A stretch of DNA of 20,000 nt from Rotaria socialis (lineage: Eukaryota). Positions 1 to 10,328 of this stretch are shown one piece after another (within the stretch, counting starts at the first letter, position 1; the number at the start of each line of letters is the position of its first letter). The position numbers and the translations under genes were made by a program. The notes under the pieces were generated by a model. That model was not told where the DNA came from and did no database searches. It was given only the letters and a program-made list of their open reading frames with translations. The stretch lies in NCBI GenBank assembly GCA_905331295.1, contig CAJNYD010000185.1, forward strand, positions 111,440 through 131,439. The letters run 5' to 3'.

Positions 1-577
1 TACTATTTCTGGCCAAAATGTTTGTTTCACGTCACTTTCGGCAATTGGTTCATCAGCCTTCGATGAAGCTGAAACAATGTTATAGGTTTTTATATTTTTG
101 ATTTAGCCACATAGAAAAATTCAAACCTTGATTAACACTGGTGACTGAAACGTCAATCGTTATTCAATAGATTAGCAGTTCCAATTGCTACTCATGTGCG
201 TTGATCATTGCCATATAAAATATTCTTTCCGTTAATTATTCTAGCTGATATTGAGTAAAACGATACTTTGCGAAGATCATCAGGTAAGATCATTTCACAC
301 TTCAATGGAAAAGCAATTAAATTTGAAACTTATACTTGTGTTATATTTCTTGCTGGTAAAGCAGGTATTGATGTATCTTGAAAATTAACCAAAAGTATAC
401 TACCCCTAGGTATACTAGTTGATAAGAATTCATTGCCGTTAAGTAAAATGCGGCCACGAATGCTGGGGCCAACTAATGAAACAGAGAAACTCAAATTACA
501 AACAAAATATCTCGAAGAAATATAAAAAGCTTACTGGAATATTGTAAAACGCATAGAAATATAATTAAACGATCCAT
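1..577 (-). pseudogene. Disrupted secreted protein gene: signal peptide + YbaY/YscW-like domain + start of a potato inhibitor I-like domain (runs off window edge)
   Basis: Manual splicing: exon1 577-535 (ATG; MDRLIIFLCVLQYS), GT-AG intron 534-473 (62 nt), exon2 472-127 (IGPSIRGRILLNGNEFLSTSIPRGSILLVNFQDTSIPALPARNITQV*VSNLIAFPLKCEMILPDDLRKVSFYSISARIINGKNILYGNDQRT*VAIGTANLLN / frameshift / TIDVSVTSVNQ), GT-AG intron 126-69 (58 nt), exon3 68-1 (ASSKADEPIAESDVKQTFWPEIV...). In-frame TAA at 330-332 and TGA at 192-194; exon2 is 1 nt too long for its splice phases. The pattern P-x-GS-x-L-x-V-x-x-QDTS-x-x-x-x-PA ... FP ... YSISARI ... LY-x-ND resembles YbaY/YscW lipoproteins, and WPEIV resembles the potato inhibitor I WPELVG motif. 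Confidence 0.72.
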
Positions 578-854
578 AGTAATAGCCTACGGGTTCTGTT
601 TTTGTAATGTCTATTCTAGCCATATGTTTGAACTTATAAATGGTGATAAAAATTAATGCAAATATTAAAAAAAATGAATAACTAACGCTTGTAAAATTGT
701 AGGAAGTAATTATTTTGCAATATAGGAAAATTTCAGCTTCTCGGTATTTAAATTTAAGCAATTGTAGACGTATGTAGGTCGAACATAGAAAAAACGGAAC
801 CTCAACAAAAATAAATAAATAAATTCGTATCATAAAAAGGAACTGGAGCAGTGT

Positions 855-1521
855 ATGAGTATTAATGGAGCGAGAAAGAAAAGAAAAAAACGACAATGTT
901 TGATGACAGGAAGTGAAGAATCAGCAAGACTTACATATAAAGAAGAAATATCAAAGAAAACAAATTCAATTAGTTCGTTTGAACTAGATGCGGCGTAGGA
1001 GAATAATAGAAACAACTTAGCATTAGAATATTTTATAAGACTCAATATAAATCAGGATTCTCAAGAAAAACAAAGCACTTCAGTATTTCTGCATATTAAA
1101 AGTAGAAGCAGTTTATTGAAATTTGCGCTGCTTAAGGTAAATAATTTATGAAGTGAACAACAGCAAAAACAAAAATAGAAGAGGATTCTCTTTAAAAATT
1201 TCTCAAGTTATTCATTCTTCTATATATCTATCTATCTATCTGTGACAGAGTTCAATATATCATAAATAATTATTCTTACAGTCAACTCGGTCTGAGTTCT
1301 GCATAAACTTGCGCAATGACTTTGCCAAGAAAAATAGCGAATCGATTGTTTTCGCTACGAGCATTCATAACCATTGGGTTCAACTGAAAAACATAAAGTC
1401 CTTGTTTTCATATAAAAACATTCTTCAACAAGCGAATCAGTATAATGAAGCTCATCAAGAAGCTACTGTAAAATTAAACATTTTCCAAAGAAAGTTAGCT
1501 TCGTCACGAAACGATAACTAA
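855..1521 (+). pseudogene. Possible degenerate two-exon gene fragment, unknown product
   Basis: Frame 855-1136 (94 codons) is open except for one TAG at 996-998 and ends at AAG|GTAAAT. An acceptor TTCTTACAG at 1281 resumes in the same phase into an 80-codon terminal exon 1282-1521 (STRSEFCINLRNDFAKK...SSRNDN*). No recognisable family motif. Confidence 0.3.
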
Positions 1522-2963
1522 ATGGCGGTTAGGGATGCAGAGATTGTTTTAGTCCTATTATTATCAAACTATTTGAATATCAGACAATAACAGATAAATT
1601 TTGTTATCATCCGAAATCAGTTAATCAATATATTCAATTTAGATTGCTCAAGCAATCTTTTATGATTATCTTGGTTTCATATGGGTAATCTGCTAATTAT
1701 TTTTTCAATTAAACTACTAACTATATTAAAACTCTAATTACACTAACAAGCTTCAGAAGAAAAACATGATGCTAAAGAATTCATAAATCTTGACAAAAAC
1801 ATGTTGTTTTCATATTCTTGTACCATGAATAACTTAATTATACAAGCAGATATATGATTTATTTTCATATAAAGGAAAGATATGATAATTCCAAATTTTA
1901 TGCTTAAGAGCGTATATATGACGTCAGAGAAATAATTAAAAAAAACCTTATTCTTATAGATTGATCCTAATACTATATTATATTTAAAATACAATTGTAG
2001 GAAAATTTTAATCAACGCGAAAGTTATTTTCCGGTTCAACAGTACAGTATAAAAACTAAGTTACAAAGTAAGTAAAGTCAAGGTTGACCTGACTCGATAA
2101 ACTTAAATCAATTCAAAAATCCCAAGAGCTATTCTAACACACATCAATCGAAAAATAGTGTTGTTTTTACTCGCAAGCTTCAATTGTATTTTTATTTGCC
2201 ATCGGTTTAACCTCCGAAGAATCAACTAAATAAAATAACCCATTAATAACAAGACAAATTAAAAATAATCTAGTTCACAACTTTAGAATTATTTTTATGT
2301 TCTTCTTTCGGTGCTTATAAATCATTGCTATTCAACTGTGATAAAACACCCAATTTGTTTATGTCACCTACAATATCGCTAGAACGTCATATTCATTTTC
2401 CATGATTAACTTTAATTGTCAAGAATGAAAATTTACAATTCGTTAATAAATGTTTTTAAATGAATAGCAAACCTTTATGTATGTATTCCTTTTTTTGAAA
2501 ATTCCTTTGATAGATTTTCAAATAATTTTAATTTAATAAAAACTTGGAATTTTGTGTTTTTATTTACACCGACATTAAATAACCGGAAGTTGGAAAAATA
2601 AGAGATTGTTCCCTACTAAAACAAAAACAACGAAAGGACCATAAGATTACATGCACAAACAACAATAACGATGGTATGCGTGTATGTGAGTCGGTCGAAG
2701 GGCAAAGGAATGATATTTCGTATACGAACAACGATCACGAAAATACATATAAAAAAAAGAAAAAGATAAAGAGAAAAATAAATAAATACTTGTAAATATT
2801 AATCAGTCTTGACGACAAAAATAAGACAACAACACCAACAACGAACAACAGCAATCAAATGAATATCGCACAGTAACAACAAAAGAAAAGTGTATGTAGG
2901 ACAAGAAAAAAAAATAGGAATGATTTTTTCTTTTTTTTTTTGCGTTTCTTTCTGCAATATTAT

Positions 2964-5629
2964 TTATGATGGCTTTCCATCTTCAGGATCTTTAAGTGAA
3001 TGCCACTGAGCAATAGGCCGCCGTGGTGATGCAAGCATATCGGACCAATGGCGTAGTTCAGTGCCGGTTGCATTACAACCCAAAACAACTTTTCCAATAG
3101 GCTCCGATGTACCGATACGATCATAATCAACTACGGTAACTACTAATTGCACTTTCTAAAACACAAAAATTTCATTTTTATTTTTATTGTCTAATTTAAA
3201 ATTAAAATAAATCTATACTTGGATTTGTTCAAACGGTACTTCAAATGTAAATGATTCATTATAATATGGATTTAATGTACATTTTTTGATCGATGTTTTC
3301 TTCTTTTTCAAACGTTTTCCATTCATCATTAATGATAATTTAACATATGGATCTAAAATTGAAAGTCTCCTTTTGTTCTTCTTCTTCGACAAGATTCATT
3401 CCTTTATAACCTACCAGAAAGTCCGCCGACATCCATCTTTTTGAGATTTTTAGCTTCGAGTATTGTTATTGTTAATTTACCTGCTGTTGGAACGTATCGA
3501 AGTGAAAAACAAATGTCGCCCAATTTATTTTCCTATACAACACAATCAACGATAATCTACAATAGGATATCTATCTATGAGTAACATACAGCTTCGCGTT
3601 CACCAGGCGGAGGGGTTAAATCTTTAATTTCTCTTATAACTTTTCCTAGATCGACTGTATTAAGTGCAATTTGTACTTCACCAATTTGATCATGTCGTGA
3701 AAATCGATCAAAATCGTAGACAGCAAATACCAATGTTTTCCCACCTATTTCACCGTAAGCCAAATTCTATATTTATCATAACAAAAACATAAAAATTATT
3801 TATTGTTTCCTGATAGATTCATTTGTTAATTAACCTTAAAGATAAATGTTTCATTAAACACAGGATTTAATGTTTTTCGATAAACTTTTGTTTCGAATTT
3901 TTTCTTTTTATCTGGTAATACATAGACTTTAACATATGGATCAGATGTTCCACTCATGTCCATAGCTGGCAATTCTTGAGCTTGTATAACTTCAACTTTA
4001 AGCTATAAGAAGAAAAACAACAATCGATCTTTTCTCTCTCTCTAAAACATACTTCTTGTTTTTGAAAATCATAATCAAGTGAATATTCTAACTTTCCTAA
4101 ATTAGGTGCTTCACTCTTTTTTGAATCGGCGTCTTCATTGTCTTCCATATTTGGTGTTAATTCTTCGACATCGGGTTGGACCTATTAGATAATGTATAAC
4201 AAAACAAAAACAATTTCTTCATGTAATTTATTTTATTTTCTATTTACCTTTTCTTTATGTAAGCCAAATGTTTTAACAGCTTGTAAATCGATTCCTTTGC
4301 CACCTTTGACACCTTTCTTTTTCCATATTTTTCGACATGTACGACGTATGCAACAAGCTAAGCACGTAGCTAATGTGAGTAGGACTACGATTACAATTAT
4401 AATTGTAGCCCATGGTGGCACTAAAAGAAAAATAATAGATCAATAATAAAAAAAAAGATCAGTGCCCAAACACTGAATCGAACAATGGACCTTCTCTTTA
4501 CGAGAGAGATGCTCTACCGGCTGAGCTATTTGGGCGATTGTTATTTAAGAATATCAAATTAAAATTTTTTATTATCCCTAATTGATGTCTTGTTTTCTCG
4601 AAATCTTCGGAGAATTCGTTTATTCTCATAAGTATTTTCTAAAAACTATTCACATACATATATAGAAATATGTATACATACGTCGGTAATTTGATGATAA
4701 GATTCTATTTGCATTTGGTAAAATCAATGAATTATTTTCGACTGGAAAGTTTTTCTGAAACTTCATTCGAGTATGTAGACTCATTGAGACACTAATTTGT
4801 AAGTATGCATCAATAACCGTGTGGGAAAAGTCGAAGTATTATTTATCTAAGCAGCATGAATATTATAATAGCATAGCATCAGTATTTATCGTCTAAGTTA
4901 TAAAATTGCCGTAAGAAAAAGAACGAAAAAGAAAATTGTTGTCGGTTCTGTTTTTCCTTTTTTTTGGATTATTTTTATGTATATCAACAAACGTGATGTT
5001 ATATTTCTTTTAATAGTCGATACGCCACCTCATTACTATTCGTGTGTCAATACAAGAGCTTGAATTCATGTGGACTATAGGAAGAAAAAAGAGAATGGTA
5101 CTGACACGAAAAAAAAATAACCTCTTCGTTATTATGAATGAGATTCATGTACACTGACTATGATGTGTAGATTGACTTTAGTAGAATGTTAAGTACATAA
5201 ATGTTCTCGCCTATAGAAAGGTATTTATTCAATAACACTTTCTTTGCGAAAATTTCACGCTTCGTTCTTTAGTATTTCTTGACGTATGACAAATTTCAAC
5301 GGTAACAGTAAGAAAAATAAATCTATTAATCAAAGTTGAATGACTTCTCGGGGAGTCGGATAAATGCATAGTTCTTTTTTTATTTTTGTTGTAATCATTA
5401 GAAAACCATTTTTATCAAAATGCTTACTTGGAACCTTTTCAATGGCATCTTTTCCAATTGCTTTCATCTTGTCGAATTGATTTTCAGTAGTTGTCAGTGG
5501 AGGGCCTGCTGAAACAGTAGTCGATGGTGGATTATTATCTTCTTCACCTTCACCTTCCTCTTCTTCATAATCGTCTTCGTCTTGCACCGTTTCTTGACGA
5601 CGAAAACGACGATGTCGTAAATTACCCAT
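2964..5629 (-). CDS. Syt1: Synaptotagmin-1 (luminal N-terminus, single TM helix, C2A and C2B Ca2+-binding domains), 430 aa, 8 coding exons
   Basis: Exons 5629-5428, 4420-4248, 4181-4053, 4002-3835, 3766-3590, 3532-3415, 3352-3219, 3155-2964. All introns are GT-AG and phases join into one 1293-nt ORF. TM segment [24 protein letters not shown]2[13 protein letters not shown]...[17 protein letters not shown]...[21 protein letters not shown]...[17 protein letters not shown]2[20 protein letters not shown]...[19 protein letters not shown]...[34 protein letters not shown]...[12 protein letters not shown]...[11 protein letters not shown]. Confidence 0.97.
4448..4456 (-). terminator. RNA polymerase III oligo-T terminator of tRNA-Thr
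   Basis: T9 run on the minus strand starting 6 nt after the tRNA discriminator base. Confidence 0.75.
4463..4535 (-). tRNA. tRNA-Thr-CGT: tRNA-Thr(CGT), intronless, nested in a Syt1 intron
   Basis: Reverse complement GCCCAAATAGCTCAGCCGGTAGAGCATCTCTCTCGTAAAGAGAAGGTCCATTGTTCGATTCAGTGTTTGGGCA (73 nt). Acceptor stem GCCCAAA/TTTGGGC, D stem GCTC/GAGC, anticodon stem TCTCT/AGAGA with loop CT-CGT-AA, T arm CATTG-TTCGATT-CAGTG. No encoded CCA. Confidence 0.95.
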
Positions 5630-5671
5630 TTGACTTGATTTGATTTATAAAATATTAAAAGTTAATAATGG

Positions 5672-6078
5672 CTAAAACAAAAAGGAACAAGCTAGATTAA
5701 CATTCATTTTAGTCGATGGGCCTTTTTGTATGAATTTTAATAAACGACCGATGATATGAGAAAAACGAAGGAAACAAAATCGCATGAGTTAGAAGATATC
5801 TTTATCTTGAATACTTTTTTTTGTATGATAGAATAAAAAGGAAGCTGATGGAAACGCCATAGAGAAAAGAAACGACCAAGAGATTAATGCTACACGATAC
5901 ACACACAGTTGTTAGTTCGTTCTATATTTAATCATGAAAATGAGAAATTTTATCTGTGACAAAATAGTTTTCCTTTACCTACTTGTATTTGCATTACCAG
6001 CAACAATCACCACCGTCAAATCGACTACAACACGTGCTGTAGATGAATGATATGAGATTCTAAGTTCAGCTTACTTAC
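5672..6078 (-). other. Probable 5'UTR intron of Syt1
   Basis: Strong acceptor TTGTTCCTTTTTGTTTTAG ending at 5672, 42 nt upstream of the ATG. Best candidate donor is GTAAGT at 6078-6073; alternative donors exist near 5980. Confidence 0.4.
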
Positions 6079-6094
6079 TGTGTGATGCGCGCAG

Positions 6095-6120
6095 ACACAC
6101 ACACACACACACACACACAC
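6095..6120. repeat. (AC)13 microsatellite
   Basis: Perfect dinucleotide run. Confidence 0.95.
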
Positions 6121-6480
6121 AAGATAAAGATTATGGAAGTTCTGACGAGTAGCTCACAATAACAACAGCAGCAACTAAAATTCCCTTTTTCTTCTCTTCC
6201 CTCTGTTTTTTGCTAATAGGGGGGTAGCCGATAAAGAGAGAAAAAGAAGAAATGAACCTTTTTCCTTCGTTTCTCGTTTGTTACTAACATGGAGCTAAAA
6301 TGATGACGACGTGGCTCGCAATAGAAGGCAGTGTTTGTTCTTAGTATTGGCGTTCTCTCTCTCTCTCTTACTCTTTTTTTGTCGTAGCACGCATCCGCAA
6401 TTAGCTGAAGGCGGAAGAAGAAATAAAGAGAGTCGCCATCATTTTTTTTCTTGTTTTCTTGTCGCAACTGCTACTGCTGC

Positions 6481-6507
6481 TTCTTCTTCTTCTTCTTCTT
6501 CTTCTTC
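6481..6507. repeat. (TTC)9 microsatellite
   Basis: Perfect trinucleotide run preceded by (CTG/CTA) triplets. Confidence 0.95.
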
Positions 6508-6803
6508 TATTCCAATTCAGAACAAAAACTGAACGTTTGTCCCGACGTCGTCGTTGCCGTCGTTGCCGTCGTCGCCCCTAGTCGATAGCATGATGCTCAA
6601 CCAGCATGACTGATTTTCTTCTCGCAATCCTATACGTATGAAAAAAGGAAAATAAGATCGCGAGAGAACTAACACACTTGCAGAAACGACAAGAAAAAAC
6701 GAGCATTCTTCAACTTAATATTGAATGCGTAGAATTTTGTTATTTTCTACAGCGGGGAAAAATGACGATGATGTCTTTCACTAATCAATCAATAGTTATA
6801 ATA

Positions 6804-6836
6804 GAAGAAGAAGAAGAAGAAGAAGAAGAAGAAGAA
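6804..6836. repeat. (GAA)11 microsatellite
   Basis: Perfect trinucleotide run. Confidence 0.95.
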
Positions 6837-9800
6837 AAAACAGATAAAGAGAGATCTATTCCAATAAGGAATAATAAAGCGTTGATATATAAAAAATAAA
6901 AGAAAAATATATATGGCGTTCATATGGCAATAGTATTGTTATCTTAACGGAAGGAATGTCTAATTGTACTAGAAAAGTAAAAACAAAATTAGGTTGACTC
7001 CTCTTTTTATTGTTTTCATATGAGAACAGATAATTTGTTTCCTAGATGGAGAGAGAAAAAAAAACAAGTAAAAAATCCGATGGTTACATTTTTTTTCTGT
7101 AGACAAAAACCAACAAGAAGAGATTACAATTCAAATGAATCATTTACTATTGATGACGCGTGTCATCTTGTGCAAAGAATGAAATTGATATTTAATTTTA
7201 CTTGGATTTTACATTTTCATGACATCATGTTAAAAATCTATCCGATGGATATTTAGTTGCCTCGAAAAACATGTAAATTAATCAAGGAAGCGAATTCAAA
7301 TTTGAACTATACCTAAGCAATGAAAATAGAATTAATTCAACAAAATAAAATTGTCTAGTACATCATCGTTTCAAATAATATATGAGCATTAATGATTTAA
7401 AGAAAGTCTTTTTTCTCTTTATATGAGAAAAGCAGGATCATATTTAATGCTTGAAAAGAGAAAACTATTCAAAAAGAATATGTGAATTCTATTTTTGGAT
7501 CATTTTTCTATTCAACCATGTTTAATGAAATACGAGAAATTCTTTGATCAACCCGTTAGTAGTTACGTTATAGTTTTTGTTTGACTTCTCAAAAACATTA
7601 TGATTCAACGAGACAGATGTCTATGACCTTGAAATAATCAAAATCAACTAACTATCGATATCAATTTTTTATTTTACTTCCATGCTACGACTGTTCTTTT
7701 GCGGGCGTTGCTTTCTCAAGAAGAAATTCAACAACTCTAATAAAATATATGCAATTATTCGGTACATCTTGTGATTATATAATTATCTAGAATAAGTTAT
7801 AGTTAACATATATCAGAGTATTTTTATAGAACAAAAATAAAAAATGTGTAAAGAAATGTTTTTATGTTAACTCTGTTTGTGTAGACTAAAAATACGTATC
7901 AAAATGTGAGAAATTGCCAATATGCATTTGAATTTCACACATTTCATTTTTTTAAATCAAATTTTTTTTCATCATTAGAACTCAGCGGGTGAACTGATGC
8001 GAACATTATTTAATAGGAAGACAGAAAGAAAAATGCATTCTATTCGTAAGATCTAATTTTGCAGCACGAATGAAAACAAGCCTTTTGAAACGTTGAAATT
8101 GACACAAGAAAAATCGATGTATTATCTTTGTCATGAATGTCTAAACTTAGAGATTTTTAAGAACGCGACAAACTCTAATTATATTCAAAAACAACCTTTT
8201 TTGAAAGTATCTTTTATTTTATTCTCAACTGTTTTAAAAAAACTCATTGAATTGTCTGCATGATCAAGCAAAGGGTCAACATTCTGATCGAGTTGTATTC
8301 TTCTTTATTATTAATTATATTGATTAAAAAGCAAATCACCCGAACGAAAATATTATATCAACAGATTGCGGACGATCTTCAACGGACAAATCTCAATTTA
8401 TCATTAAAATGAAATTAGCAATAGACAAACTTATCAAACTTTTTCAATGCATCAACATTTGTCATACTTAGAAAAAAAGTCACTTAGCAGGCACTTGAGA
8501 ATTAGCGACAGAGGTTAATCAAAAGCAAAGTAAATCTATTGTTGCAGCATTAGTCATTACTCAAGCATTGTAACATATTTTCGTCAAATTAATAAATATA
8601 AACGAAACAATAAATACTAATAGAGTAACTAACCATGTGAGTAGAATATCCTAAAAAAATAGGTAGCATAATGCTAAATTAAGTATATCATTTTCATTTA
8701 AAATAAGGGAGTAGAAGTCGATGAGAATATGAGCACTAAGAGCACACCCTCAAGATAATACCATCATTAAAAGATAATGAATGGAAAAAATAGGAAAATA
8801 CGTTTCAGGTAGTGCCATTAATTATTTTCTAGATTTAATCGGATTATTTCATGTGGGGTTGCATGGCCAGAATGATGTCGGCCGTCTTTTTTGTTGTTAT
8901 CATCGTCAAGTTTAAAAGGTCTGTATAAATATTTAAAGAAAAACAAAGATATGCCGTAAGTCTACGATGACATGCAAAACAAACAAAAAGTGATTCCATA
9001 TATGGCTTTTTCGGAGTCGAAACTAACAGAAAACGAATAAAGGTTATGTAATAGAGTGCACAAAAACAAAAGGAAGAATTGTTTTTTTTTCATTAGCTGT
9101 TGATGGCAAGACATCTTATCGTTAATCATTATTTTAATAATGAAAAAACTACAAAGAATAATTTAGTAACAATCATATAGAAACAGGCTGATAAATGAAT
9201 ATGCGCCTAACAACAGCAGAAGAATGTTGAATTGATATATATTTAATAAGAACATGTGATTGATCTAACTTTAGTTTTGTTTTTTCATCTAGAGAATTTA
9301 TCAAAAACTCCCTTGAATAATGAGTTCTATTAGTATGAGAGTCTAGTTAACTTTACGTATAAATTCAGACCATATTATATTAATAATTAATTCTAACACG
9401 CATAGTCTATGTATCGTTATTCAAAAGCAAACCACTAGATATATATTAACGTCAAAAACGCTTGCGTCCGTTACTGGTGTCATTATATTTATAGAGAAGG
9501 CAAACTAAATTTCTAAGAGTGACATCGCAAAAATAAAGGCTCAACAAGTCTAGAATGCGACATATGGCTTCCTGTACTCGTATGTTTCTCTAAAGCGACA
9601 CAGTACTTTTTTTGTTTGTTGATAGAGCATCAAAAGAAGGCACGGTCAACCCGAAATAATAAATATAATTTATTCTTCAAGTTATTAATATTTTTCCAAA
9701 AACAGAGACACGCTCATGCTGTCGCATTAATATTACTCAACGAACTAGGAAATAATGTGAAATATTCTTTGATTTATTCATAGAGAAATATAAAACTATA

Positions 9801-10022
9801 GTAAACAATGAATATCACTTCAACGAATTCATATTTTAATGCTAAACACTTTAAATGTCGATTCAGTTACTTTTTTGAATTACATTTTTCATGAACTTTA
9901 TCGAAAGATTTATGTTTATTGCAATATCTGATGAAACCATTGTCTGGCATTGAAAACAAATATTCTATAACCTTTTTGTTATTCTCTGCATTGTTTTGCT
10001 TTTATTCATTGCAAATAAAACG

Positions 10023-10328
10023 ATGCCAAATACTTCCTATGCTAATCTTCTATCCAACATGTTCTGCGTTCATATTTCCTTACCAAGAAAAACAAATATG
10101 GCGAAGTCTCAAGCTCGTACAGGCTATGCTGCAGCTTATCTCAAAGCTAAACATTACCATCGTCGGCAACAACAATTAAATTTATGTTCACGTATTTTAT
10201 CATTTTGCAAACCAAATTTATTCGATAACAATGAATCGAAATTATGTCGGAAACGTTCTTCAATTAGAGGATGTGCAAGTTTCGCTCGTTATGATAGATA
10301 TCAAGGTGACACAGAAGAAGATTGCTAA
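10023..10328 (+). CDS. Hypothetical small basic protein, 101 aa, single exon
   Basis: ATG at 10023 in an A-rich context. The open frame MPNTSYANLLSNMFCVHISLPRK...RYQGDTEEDC* is more GC-rich than its flanks, and AATAAA lies at 10381-10386. No family recognised. Confidence 0.55.
   Translation: MPNTSYANLLSNMFCVHISLPRKTNMAKSQARTGYAAAYLKAKHYHRRQQQLNLCSRILSFCKPNLFDNNESKLCRKRSSIRGCASFARYDRYQGDTEEDC

Noticed and set aside
394..417. Imperfect palindrome AGTATACTACCCCTAGGTATACT
   Set aside because: Short, lies inside pseudogene coding sequence, and is plausible by chance.
531..896. 121-aa minus-strand ORF from the track
   Set aside because: Phe/Ile-rich translation of A-rich DNA; the credible coding exon at 535-577 is in a different frame.
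1529..1745. TAGGGATGCA start resembling a hAT-type MITE end
   Set aside because: No matching inverted end or TSD found.
1743..2039. 98-aa minus-strand ORF
   Set aside because: Non-ATG start, AT-driven composition, no motifs or convincing splice context.
3087..3131. Glu instead of Asp at the fifth C2B Ca2+ ligand ([12 protein letters not shown])
   Set aside because: This is the normal invertebrate Syt1 sequence, so not unusual.
4192..4446. 84-aa plus-strand ORF
   Set aside because: Antisense shadow of Syt1 exon 2.
6213..7256. Several 70-85 aa ORFs with poly-Ser or poly-Glu
   Set aside because: Products of microsatellites and low-complexity upstream DNA.
8260..8900. Short protein-like fragments in the intergenic region
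   Set aside because: Frequent stops in all frames, no recognisable family, no consistent splice chain.
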